DNA of 64,000 bases from Octopus sinensis (taxonomy: Eukaryota), in NCBI RefSeq assembly GCF_006345805.1, contig NW_021832232.1, forward strand, positions 248,001 through 312,000, given 5' to 3'. A program made the translations under genes and the position numbers. Positions 40,906 to 54,118 of this stretch are shown here, one piece after another (the first letter of the stretch is position 1; every line of letters starts with the position of its first letter). Below the pieces are notes generated by a model that worked only from the letters and a program-made list of their open reading frames with translations, was not told the origin of the DNA and searched no databases.

Positions 40906-41321
40906 CTATAGTTCATTCCATTTGTCAAATTTGATAGTCCTCAAATTCCTGTTCATACTCCGAACATTAACTAAACTTTCGAAATATTAAATTTCCACTG
41001 CTTTCAGATTATCTTAGAACTTGATTGGCCGTTAGGAATCCGTAATCCAAAAGATCACGAGTCCTATTTGAGAATTCCAATCTATCGAGACACATTCATT
41101 CCGTGTTATTAGGTCTTCTAATACATCAAAATATCTGCCCCCCGGACATGCAAGTTATCATCATGGCTCATACTTGACTTTAAAACACAAACAAAGAACA
41201 AAATTGTGTCCAAATTAAAAACAACGAGAGTCACTTTTGCTAACCAATCATGTGGATCTGTAATTAACCCACATCAACCTAAGAAAAATAAACAAGAGAA
41301 TAAAAGAAATGAGCAATAAGT

Positions 41322-42431
41322 TCAAGACAGTCTTCTATAATACATCCACATCTTTGTTGTGATTCGATGACTGTGTCTACCAATAAACACACAACTCGAC
41401 CGTTTTCCCGACCTGCCTCCACTCGACGATCGACGCCTTCTACCAATCACAAACAAAATTAACTTTGAATGACTGGGTGAACGTTTCCTATGTTTACTGT
41501 GCTTGTGAATTGGACTGGAATTACTCGGGGAATTGGAATCTACAAATCATCACCACAATTCACGTTCAGAATTTGAATTTGCCAGAGAAAAATCAGACGG
41601 TTTCTTATAAATTGCGATTTTAGAATGAGTGACGCTATTTTGGTGACAAAGACAAGACAAACCTGATCGGGAGACCTTCGAATATTACTTTGTTGTAACT
41701 AAGAGCCAGCGGAACAGAAGATTGGTGGAGATATTCCACAAGAGCACTCACTTGAGGCTTCTCTTGGAATTTAACATAGAAAATGTCTCCAGCCCTTATA
41801 AAAAACTGCAAAAACAAATCCCGATCGACCTTTTCGATAAAAAACGGAATTTACAAACCGGGACTTTAAAATTGGACACACGGACAGTCCTCCGTATTTC
41901 CTCCACCACGGAAGTGTCGGTGAGGGCGGAGAGAGTTGGATATTCAGGGAGTCTAAGTTTGACAAGTTGTGGGTCATGGGTCTTCACCAAGGATATTGAA
42001 TCACCTGTTTTTATCACCTGAAAATCAATGAGGTAAAAATACAGTGTTTTTGACAAAGTTGGGCCAACGGGCGGTTGGATCGACCAAAGTTGCGAGTTTG
42101 AAGGCATCTTGTTCGGTGGGGATCGAATCTTGGTTAGAGGGGGGATATACTGTCAGCCATGAGGTTAATCCGCATAGAGTGGTCGTAAAGAATTGTTTTG
42201 GTCAGTCGGAGAGCCATCACAGCCTCAGATTCGTCCATGAACTTTACATAGGCAACTTTGAAGGCTTGTTTTTTGGTTGGTCTAACAGAATATTTAAAGT
42301 AACAGAAAATACTTTTCTGGATATATTTTTATTCTGGATACTCTTCCTATGTAAGAAAAAAATGATCTTAGTTGGTCTTTATCGACCAGTGGTGATACAT
42401 TTGATACCTGCACAAGCCTTGAGTTCCCCAT
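41322..42431 (-). CDS. SREK1: SREK1/SRSF11-like two-RRM splicing factor
   Basis: RRM1 MGNSRLVQVSNVSPLVDKDQLRSFFSYIGRV; RRM2 EEIRRTVRVSN...ALVEYLHQSSVPLALSYNKVIFEGLPI...VTHSKIAI; short R/S tail. The 3' end is approximate. Confidence 0.85.
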
Positions 42432-42779
42432 AACCTTAATAATTATTCAAATAATTATATTTTTTTAATATTAAAATATTTTATTTTTAAAAACTTCAAA
42501 AATGACTAGAATTTTTGTTTCTAAAAATGAGGAAACTTTAACACTTTTTTAAAGTGTTAAAAGGAACTGATTTTTTATTGCTTTTAAATGCAGTAAAATT
42601 ATTTTTTAAGCAGCTTAAACTGTTTAGTCGACAAAATAATTTAATCCTTGTTATTGGCCATAAACAGCGGACAACTCCGAACTTATTTTATAAAACAAAT
42701 TTACTTTTTGTAGATTTTTAAGTTTTAATTGGTCCCAACATCAAAAATATGATTTATTCGATTCTTATATCAAATGATC

Positions 42780-42985
42780 GTGCCTAGACCGTTTGCAGAC
42801 AGTGGAAGTGGAGAAAAGGAGGAAGTATGACCTCCTTGCAAACGAGCTAGGACTGGTCACTAAATACCACAGGTGGTACTTAAGACAGCTGGGTGTAGAT
42901 AAGTCTCTACATGCTTATATTCAGTCAACTGTTCTTAAGAGGACTCTGGAGAGTGTCTTGTTTGATGCTCGCCGATCCAGCCTTT
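42780..42985 (+). mobile_element. RLE-type non-LTR C-terminal fragment
   Basis: LQTVEVEKRRKYDLLANELGL..VTKYH..YIQSTVLKRTLES. Confidence 0.7.
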
Positions 42986-43319
42986 TCCTGACGTTTAGTC
43001 CGCAAGGGGCTAGACTGCATCTTCTCGAAGGTCTACATTGCCAAAGAGGAGGAGGAAGAAGAGGAGGAAGTGCGTGGAGTGCAATCCTCTGCTCACTTCG
43101 AAGGCTCAGATAATTTATTTATTTGAAAAGTCCAGATAAAATTGATTTTTAACTATTTCGTCTGCTTTCAGTCAATTCTCCTCCTCTTCGAGCCCAAACA
43201 AATGTCTTCGACGGGTACATTTATCCATTTTACAGGGCAGGCCACCTTTGTGGCTGTTTTCGAGTCCGATTTAATTGCATGCTTTCCAATGGAAGGAGTT
43301 TATACTCCGGGCGCATGCT

Positions 43320-43452
43320 TCTCTTGATCACGATCGATTGAATATATATAAGCTCGCGTAGATTCCTGGACTTGTAAGGAGTTCTGGTCGTGTTTGAGGA
43401 TTTGGATGTTATTCTATCCCACGTAATAACCAAAGGTACGACATTCACCTTT
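43320..43452 (-). mobile_element. RLE-type non-LTR C-terminal fragment
   Basis: KVNVVPLVITWDRITSK...YIQSIVIKRS. Confidence 0.55.
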
Positions 43453-44092
43453 GCATAATAAAGGCTAATATCAAATGATAGTAATGATCGAACAATTTCT
43501 TTATTTTTATTTATTTATTAGGACCAAAAACATCTTCATAACCATAATTAACTATTTCAGGTGATCCCAGCCTCTTTTAGAAATAATTTCTTTAATATTA
43601 AAAGATATTAAGGAACTAAATATTTATATTTGTAATATCAATCGTTCAAAAAATAGTAAATAGATTCAAATTTAAATTCTTAAAAAGTTTGATGAAAACG
43701 AACATGAAATTTTTCAAGTCGGTAATTTTTAAATTATCTTTACAAAGGCCGAAAATCATATATAGCGAATATTTCAAAGAATTTATTAGCTAATCATAAA
43801 AATTAATTTTAAAATGTTCATTTTTATAAATTCTGACGCAAATGCGAGCTGGAAAATTGCTTAAAAATAAATATGAAAAATAGTTACCAAAAAAAGATTT
43901 CTTTCTGAATAGGAAGGGTATAGGCTTTTTATATTATTTATTAAAATGAAAATAACGGTTTTTTGTTATTTTTTTCTCAAAAATCTCACCAATTGCTAAG
44001 TCAAAAAATTTCTTAATATAGAATTACATTCATTTCCTAAAATAGAAAATTGTATATAAACAATAAAACAAATGTCCTGCAATTAATTGGCA

Positions 44093-45747
<1,655 letters not shown>

Positions 45748-46322
45748 TGAATATTTTCTTTAATAAATATACAATAATTTCTTTAATCACTATTTTACAC
45801 GACAAAAGACCTATAAACCTACAAATGAGTTTTGTAAATTTCGTTTTTTAAATTTATCGCAAGTTGCAGGTTGGGCAAGTCGCAGTTTTTGAAGCTCAGG
45901 CAACTCCGAGTGGTTCGGATCTGAGAGATTAGTCTAAAAAATAGTGAAAAAGGATTAGCCGATATGTGTTATTAATGACCGAATCAATGGGGACTGGTTC
46001 AGATAAGCAAGCTCGCTAGCAAAAGAAGAGATCCACAACTGAGTGATTTCAGAGCCTATTTTAATGGAGGCCTCAATAATTCTGTCTTTCCTTACGGTAA
46101 TAGAACCGTTTTACGGTCGAGTTTGACAGCGACATATGAAAAAGTATGACAAAAGTTGAAGAATTTTTCAACGGATTGAAGTGATGCCTCCCACCAATAG
46201 CCAAATTCTAAAACTATGTGATGAGAAGTGTGTTTTTCGAGAACACATATGGTTTGAGAACGCTCTGATTTGAAGACACTGGAAATATTTCCCGATAGCA
46301 AAAATTGAAATAAAGAAATAAA

Positions 46323-46394
46323 TGGAGATGCTGGGAATCGAACCCAGGACCTTCAGCATGCAAAGCAGACGTCATACCATTAGACCACATCCCC
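46323..46394 (-). tRNA. tRNA-Ala (TGC)
   Basis: GGGGATG/CATCTCC-A acceptor stem with G3:U70, TGC anticodon, GGTTCGATTCC T arm; one U-U mismatch in the anticodon stem. Confidence 0.88.
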
Positions 46395-46869
46395 GAATTT
46401 TTTAATAAAGGAATATCTGGATGTACAAAACTTTATAATAAAACGTAAATGGTTTAAAGCAGTGTGATTTTTTAAGGTAGCCCAATGTCTAACAATTCAA
46501 TTAATAACACGCACAAATAAATTAACAAGATTTCCACTGTCTCTATCACTACTCTAGCAAAACTACAGACGAAGTAAAATCAACGTGGAAAACTCGGACT
46601 GTTGAGTTTCTATCCTATTGAGCTTAGACTAGGTTGGCATTTTAAAAGGACATTCGTGATATAGTAATAGGCGTTCAGATAGAATAGAAATGTATAATAT
46701 CATGAAAGCCCAAAAACTCGCCATATTTGAAAAAATCAAAATAAAAAGATTTTTCTGTCTTGGCAGCAAAGACCGGGGACCTTTGTTTTGCAGGGGTATT
46801 CTTTAGTAAACTCTATTTAGCACATTTATAGCAGTGCAAAGGTGGTAGGAAATTTCAAGCAACTATACC

Positions 46870-47085
46870 TTTTCAAGTTCAATATGGGAATTTCCAAATT
46901 CAATATGGGATTTCCAAGTTCAAAGTGGAATTTTCCAAATTCAATATGGGATTTCCAAGTTCAAAATGGGATTTTCCAAATTCAATATGGGATTTCCAAG
47001 TTCAAAGTGGGATTTTCCAAATTCAATATGAGATTTCCAAGTTCAAAATGGGATTTTCCAAATTCAATATGGGATTTCCAAGTTA
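46870..47085 (+). repeat. Alternating 20/21-bp tandem array in TIR
   Basis: ATGGGATTTCCAAGTTCAAA alternating with TGGGATTTTCCAAATTCAATA. Confidence 0.93.
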
Positions 47086-47218
47086 ATTTTAAAATATTTG
47101 AAAAAAAATTATGACTCATTTATATCAAACGAAAAAATTAAATTCGATTGGATTTAACATTGGACTGTAAGGTGCAAGTCGAAGTATTTTGTTTTCTGTG
47201 AATTCAGTTTCTTCAAGT

Positions 47219-47396
47219 GGTAATATTTATTTGGAGTAAAAAGATAGAATTATGTTTATGGTGGATATGTAGCCTGGCGGATTGCCAAACTGTTTCCCCG
47301 GATAATAGCGATCGAGAGCCGTTGCATTAGCCAGTTCGCCTCCCGAGGATCATGTGTGCGCATTGAGATTTTGGCTCCGAGCTTGCGAAGGAACTT
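47219..47396 (-). mobile_element. 178-bp CRE-like retroinsertion with 16-bp TSD
   Basis: Flanked by TTCAGTTTCTTCAAGT at 47203-47218 and 47397-47412; near-identical to 34515-34640. Confidence 0.9.
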
Positions 47397-48187
47397 TTCA
47401 GTTTCTTCAAGTATTTTTTCAATGTCTGTATGACATGGAGCATTGTCAATTATTAAAACTACTGAACTTAGATAAACTTCATATGCTTTTTTAAAGCATG
47501 CTTTAATCCAATCATACACAGTTTGTTTATTAAAGGATCCTCTTCGTATTTCAAAGTGTATTACCCCTTTTGTACCGATGCAACCGATAACATGAATGTT
47601 AGCTCCTTTAGATGAAGCTGCACGTGTATTACATCGCTGCCCCTTTTTCGACCTCCCTTGTTTTCTTGATATGTGTAAATTAAAGTTGGATTCGTTCATA
47701 AAAAGAATCGGAATTTCCATTGCTTGATAACCAAGCAGCTTTTCACAAAATCTTTTGCGCTTCTCTTTGTTCTGCATTGAGTTGCTTTTTTCAGGTTCGA
47801 ATCTTGTGTTTTTTATGGTATACATAAGCGAATCAAGATGCAGGCGAACGCACTCACCTGACACTTTTATTCCGTACTTATCTTGGATCTCTGCAGCCAA
47901 TTGTTTGCAAGTAATTTTCGGATTTGACTCGACCATTTCTTGCATATAATCTCGTACGGTATTCCGAGAGAACATGCAACTTGATTCCAATCCCCATCAT
48001 TTTCGTAAACGGTCAACAAATTTTTTCTTTTTTCAGCTAATTCTTTCTTTTTATTAACGTACATTTTGTAATGTAAGGCGATTTTAAATTAATAAATGAA
48101 TTCAATAACCGACTTGAAAATCCTTGAACTTGGAAATCCCATATTGAATTTGGAAAATCCCACTTTGAACTTGGAAAGGTATAGATA

Positions 48188-48900
48188 CAGTGAAGAAAAA
48201 TAAAAACTGAACAAGCATTTTCTCACGAATTTACTATTTATTAAATCAGCAAAACCACGCTAAAAACAGAGCAAACGTCACGTGATCCCGATGCACTATG
48301 AAACAATATCTAAAAATAACTTCTACTGATTTAAAACATTAAATAAAGTATTGTTTATTTTTTTGTTTTTCTAAAAAATATTATATTTATACGGTTTTTC
48401 ATTCATTGATAATTCAGAACCCACAAAAACTGAACAAATTTATTTACTGTCTAGTATGTCCTCCATTAGCTCTAATTACATCTAGTATTCGGCCTGGCAT
48501 GCTATTAATAAGACTTTTTGCGTATTCTATTTTGAGTTCATTCTAAATGGATGATATTTCTGCAAATAAATGTTCCTTTTTCAAAAATTCTCTTCCTTTG
48601 ATTTTTTCTTTAATAAAGACCCAAATATTCTCTATAGGGTTTAAATCTGGGATTTGTGCAGGTCATGGTAGCAATTCGATATTATTTACTTGAAAAAAGT
48701 GCCTTTCTATTGCCGAAATATGTTTCTGATCATTGTCTTTTTGGTAACTAGGATCTTTAAGTTCGATTTTGTTCAGATATGAGATAATATTATTTGTTAA
48801 TATGTTAACATACAAACCTCCACCGATTAGAATAAAATTTACAAATTCAGCATAGTTCAATTATTTAAATTTTCGATCTAATATTCATAAAAATTTTCAT
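48188..48900 (-). mobile_element. Tc1 3' fragment with IR/DR-type end
   Basis: QKDNDQKH, PDLNPIENIW, SMPGRILDVIRANGGHT; TA-CAGTG end with AAAAACTGAACA repeated at about 48198 and 48426. Confidence 0.82.
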
Positions 48901-48944
48901 TAATTCATTTAGAGGCTATTTTCGTGCAGGATGAAATGCAACAG

Positions 48945-49955
48945 TACCCTCTTTTTTCCTAATATTTTTTATTATTCAAAAATAATTTTTTAAATAGATA
49001 ACCGAATGAGGAAAAACGAGGCTGAAGAAAAAACGGTCAGCTTAAGGTAATTAATTAAATCTTTTTTGTGTGTCGCTTTTTTGGCTGCTGCTACTCTGCC
49101 TGCCCCATCTCCGCCTGTCCCATTTCTGCCTGCCCCATTTCCGCCAGTGGTTTGTCTAATCAAGGTCACTAAGCTAAATCTCCGGACTATAAAGGTCTTA
49201 AGCATTATCTTAATTGGCTGTTAAAAAAATTAGACAGGTTGTTGCCGTGGCGGCAGAGATTTTTTTTTTTATACTATTTTACAAATTTTTAAAGTTTTTT
49301 TTGTTTTTTTTATTTTTTGTTTTTAAATTATTTATTTTATTTGTTTTTTTATTTTTTTTGTTATTTCTAAAAATTCAACAGGATTGAATTTTTAAACTCC
49401 TTAGATCTCTCTGGAATGCCGAATCATCTTTTAAGTTAAGATAGGCGTTCCAGTGGTTTTATTACGAAATCTTGCGCCACCTAAATTATGCAGCGGAACG
49501 AGGTTAGTTATCAAAAATTTGATGGCTACGTAATAGAGGCGACGATATTACAGGTAAGTATAGAGGTGAGGATGTTTATATTCCACGAATTCCGATAATT
49601 TCTGATGAATTACCATTTAGATTTAAAAGGCTGCAATTTCCTTTGAGGATGAGTTTTGCAATGACAATAAACAAGGCCCAGGGACAGTCATTAAAGGTAG
49701 TTGGGTTATTTTTAGAGAGTGAGTGCTTTTCACATGGACAGCTGTATGTGGGATGCTCGAGGGTAGGCAGAAGAGAAAATTTATTCATATATGCCAAGGA
49801 AGGACGGACGACAAACATCGTTTATCAACAGGCGATAGAATAGGGTTACATTAAACCAGGTAGTTTTATACATCTACATAAACTTATAGTTGTTTGATGA
49901 AACAGGCCCTCCGCAGGAGCTAGGTCGCGGTGAGCGAAGCGAGCTGCCGAGCTAG
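48945..49955 (+). mobile_element. Helitron 3' portion (PIF1-like helicase remnant)
   Basis: LLRNLAPPKLCSGTRL, FAMTINKAQGQSL, FSHGQLYVGCSRV; GC-rich GCGAAGC hairpin then CTAG|T. The last ~300 bp match 63204-63505. Confidence 0.9.
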
Positions 49956-50140
49956 TTGTGCATAAATGAAGATGTATACTCTTCACTATTTTGGTGTGTC
50001 TTTGCCTACAGGAGATTTGTCGCTTAACGGTTTATCTTATTGTTTGTTGATCTCTGTTTAATGAAGCACCAAAAATCGTTGAGAAAAATTAGATATGACC
50101 ATCAAAACACTCTTTTGGTTTTAAATTATTTTAATAAGAA

Positions 50141-51844
50141 TCAGTTAAAAATGCTGAAATCGTCTGGAATCCATCCTTGTTTGGAATGACCAATCACATC
50201 AATAGCCTCTTTGACTTTATCAAATATTTCCAAATAACAAGATCCACTCACAACAGCTATAAATAATATTACAAAAAATTTAAAACTCGTAAAAAGCCTA
50301 CAAGATTTCTCTTCTATTCCTTTCATTTTTTCATACAATTCAATATGCTTAGATCTTTTGCAATTTGTATATATTGCACTAATTTTGTAGAAATACTTCG
50401 TTATAACCTGGTATTTTCGATTGATGTCAGCTTTACGAAAATAACAATCGGATGAATTCCCAGAGAGATCAAACGATAGACTGAGCTCGGATTCAAATCA
50501 AGTAAACAATACGTTCCCTACAAAAAAATATATTATTTTAGAATAATAAACCGGTTTTGTAGTTCTCAAACTGATTTCATTGAAGGTGGTTCCATAAAGG
50601 TTGTCTTTGTATACTCCGATCTCTACGAATTCTCCTTCTCTAAACATTTCCAAAATTTTCTTTTTTGATAAAAAATAAAATGATTTTCCTTCTATTTCAT
50701 TTGGTCTTGGATTACGACTTGTGGCTAAAGAATTATAAAATAAAAAATATTACATAAAACTGCTGTTGTGTACTTTTCTGGGTTTTCTTTGGTCAAATCA
50801 TTTGTTATTTTTTCATATTCAACTCCCATTATGTAAACAGGTCGTGAGTAATTGACTATAAATATAAAATTGTTTCTTACATGTAGTGAGTACGGTAGCG
50901 TGGTATGAGGGTATGACGTAATCAAGAAAAGTGTCAAATGACGACTCTTTGTTTGTCTTTGATTCTTTTGATCTTAGAGAATAAAACATATTTGTACGAG
51001 TAGCGTTTCCTAAGCTCTAAAAATAAACAATAATAATTAACATTGTATCCTTTTAAAGTATTAAATTGAAAATCAACTTTTCTAAATCGATTTAAATATA
51101 TTTTTTCGACTCTAAAAAGTAATAAAATTTAAAACCTCGATTTACTTGGAATTAATCCGGCATTGGATACTTGTTCCCTTGAAGAATGGGATATTTTTAT
51201 TGCTTGCCACCAGTCGGCGTCACCCACGTTAATCACAAATAAAATATCTCCACAAATAAATGAAAGTCCAGCGCCTGGAATTCTTGGTTCTGATTCAGAG
51301 GAGAATGAAAATTCTGCCTTCATATATGTGGAGGATTTGTCTGTTGTCTTTATAGTTAAACATGGATTCTCATATTTTTTTAGTGTTTGAAAGACTTCAA
51401 ATTCTAAAATTAACTTTAAGAATATACCTTCGGGCTCATGTCTCACATAAAAAATTGTTGGCTCAGACACATTTTTAAGGATTTTTGCGACTTGGGAATG
51501 CATTAAATTGGTAAGATTGTACTCATTGACCTAAAAATACATCTTTTACTATGTTCCATACTTTTACTATTTTATCACCACTCTGAATTTGTCCATTTGT
51601 ATCAGCGGAACCCCCGGGAACAATATAGGAAACAAAAATTCCAGCGTGTTTGTCAGTTCCTCCGATAAAAGAAAAACCAAAAATTCCTGTGCTCGAACGT
51701 TCAAGCACTATTTCTCGTATATGAGATTGTCTAAATAATTTAAAATAATTAAAATTGTTGTCTTTGTTACTCTAAATACTAATTTAACAAATATTTATAA
51801 TAAATTTAGAATTAAGTATACCCCAAATCAGTTATTTCAGTCAT
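50141..51844 (-). CDS. DLG: Discs-large-type MAGUK (PDZ-SH3-GuK)
   Basis: PDZ FGFSFIGG...GIFVSYIVPGGSAD; SH3 GLSFICGDILFVINVGDADWWQA...GLIPSK; GuK YSRPV...TSRNPRPNEIEG...YKDNLYGT...CLLD. The start codon is tentative. Confidence 0.85.
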
Positions 51845-52074
51845 TTGTATATAACTAATAAGAAAGTCTTAAAAAAATATTTTCTCGCCAGTTTAATAAA
51901 TAAAAAAGAATAATACCAAATTTGGATTTTAATCGCCAAGAAAATTTAGGAAATTAAATACAATTTCCAATGTAAGTTTATTTTTCTAAGATTTTATTTT
52001 TCTTTTGATCAAAATAAATAAGAGTGGTAAAAAATAATTTTAATGCAGGTTAAAAAAAGCTGGCAATAGCACTC

Positions 52075-52300
52075 AGCCTGGCAAGACTCTATTCAGTAGG
52101 TATCGAAAGCGGGACTTGTATCTCCCGACCTCTATTTGATTTAAGCGACCCAACAAAAAAGTTGTTAACCAACGTTTCAGAGTTGTTGGAATGTCATTCA
52201 TGGGAATTTTATTACTTAAACATGTCTCATAGTGCGATCAAAGGCGAGAACTGAAAATCGGGCTTTGATACGATCCAGAATCAACTTTGATGGATTTGTG
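52075..52300 (-). pseudogene. Highly decayed non-LTR RT fragment
   Basis: AFDR...LKRWLTTFLLGRLNQIEVGRYKS...VLPG resembles RT subdomains 3-4. Confidence 0.35.
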
Positions 52301-52923
52301 TTTATAGATGAGATACGACTTTCCCAAAAAAATTTGAGATTCAAGTTCAGTTCCATCGACCTTAAGCATGAATGTCGTGTGTGTCTACTGATGTGTTCAT
52401 TTCCACATTTCCGGTTGTAGGCATGACATCGGGACTTTTTTGAACAGTTTTTTGATTTTTGTGCTGAGGATAATTTTTTCTACCAAATAAATACAAAGAA
52501 ATTTAACTTTAAAAGTGTCGTTGATTGACTTTGCTTTTGCAAAAGTGAGTTTTTGCTCGAGTTGGTTGACAAGTCTACGAACCTCCGAGTACATAAAGTG
52601 GAGCAAATAGGTCATGGAACGGTTATCTTTTTTAATTTGACATTTTTTATAATGATTACTATTTTTGATTGCTTTTATAACTTTTATTATGAAATTGTGT
52701 ATTCTTTTAACCTATTTTTATTAATTATTTCATGAATTTCCAATAAATATCATTAAAACTGCACTTTAATTGAAAAATGTCAAATTTTATGTAGAAAAAA
52801 GTGATGGGACCGTAATTTTTTTAATAGTAACATTTTCATAAATCCGTAATTTCAATAAAATTGATTAATAGATTCTGATTTGTATAAATAAACTTTCATT
52901 TTTCGCTCATTATTAAAATTATA

Positions 52924-53932
52924 ATGCCGACAAGAAAAGTGCATTCTTTGGATCTAAAACAACGAGTTTTAACGGCCTACCAAAAAGGTACAGTTATGGA
53001 AAGATTTCCAAATTGCTGATATTACTAAAAGGAACTGTTTCAAAATATTATTATTCAATGGGAACAAAACGGAACTGTCATTAATCGACCAAGATCAGGT
53101 GCTCCGAAGAAAATAACTCGACGTTCTTGCACATTAATGAATAGAATAGTCGATACAAAACCAAGAATTACTTGAAAAGAATTGGCTAATGATTTAAAGA
53201 ATACATGAACATTAATATCCCTTCCTACAATTACTTCTACACTACGCAATGAAAGTATTAATAAACAAAGGCCACGTCGTGTTCCGTTATTAAAGAAAAT
53301 ACACATTTCTGAAGAATTACATATGCCAAATATCTTTTAAATAAAGAAAATGAATTCATAAATAATATTTTATGGTCGAATGAATCAAAAATACAATTCT
53401 TCGGACTAAACCACACGCCTTCAATTTGGCCCAATTAGGCGTATAACCAAAAATGCAGTATACCCACCATTAAGCACAGGGGAAGAATTATCTGTGGGGC
53501 TGTTTTTCATCAACAGGGGTCGATGAATTATTTGTGATAAATGGAATAATGAAATCGCTCAAATATTGTGAAATCCTGGAAGAATGCATGTTTCGTTCGA
53601 TCGCTAAATTAAATTTAACACAACAATGAACATCCAACATGACAACTACCCAAAACATAAGTCAAAAATGACTCTTGAATGGTTACTAAGGAAAAAATAA
53701 ATGTTTTGGAATGGCCAAGTCAATCACCAAACCTCAATCTAATCGAACATTTATGGAAAATTTAAAAAATGAAAGTTGGTTTAAGGAAACCAAAAAAAAT
53801 TCACGAATTGAAAACAATTTGCGATGGAGAATAGGAAAATATTACTCCATTTAAATGTCAGAAGGTTATTCATTCTTACAAAAAAGATTGGAATCAGTAC
53901 TACTAGCAAAAGCGAATACAGCTGAATATTAA
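52924..53932 (+). pseudogene. Tc1 transposase pseudogene
   Basis: MPTRKVHSLDLKQRV, RSGAPKKI, PRRVPLL, ILWSNESK, PTIKH, WGCFS, QHDNYPKH, WPSQSPNLNLIEHLW; inverted motif GTCATGGAACG at about 52611 and 53941. Confidence 0.9.
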
Positions 53933-54118
53933 TTTGATTTCGTTCCATGACTTTTTTATGTTATTTATGTTTCAAAAAGTGAATTTTATTATCATCTTTA
54001 TTGTATAATTAATAAATTATTTTAAACTGAGGCGGCTTTGATTTGTTTTTGTTGTTGTGTGTATATTTCATAGTATATATAAAAAATAGGAAATTGACTC
54101 AACGAAAGGTCAAAATAC

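Larger units (their letters stand above)
46866..48181 (-). mobile_element. IS630/Tc1-like DD35E transposon with tandem-array TIRs
   Basis: C-TA-[TACCTTT ... AAAGGTA]-TA-G with 20/21-bp GGGATTT(T)CCAA units. The transposase reads FMNESNF, IIDNAPCH, and LAPYSPMLNPIE after removing the CRE insert. Confidence 0.9.

Noticed and set aside
52050-52150. Pol III ncRNA ending in T7 on the minus strand
   Set aside because: No snRNA, RNase P/MRP or SRP motif was recognised; a decayed RT frame explains it better.
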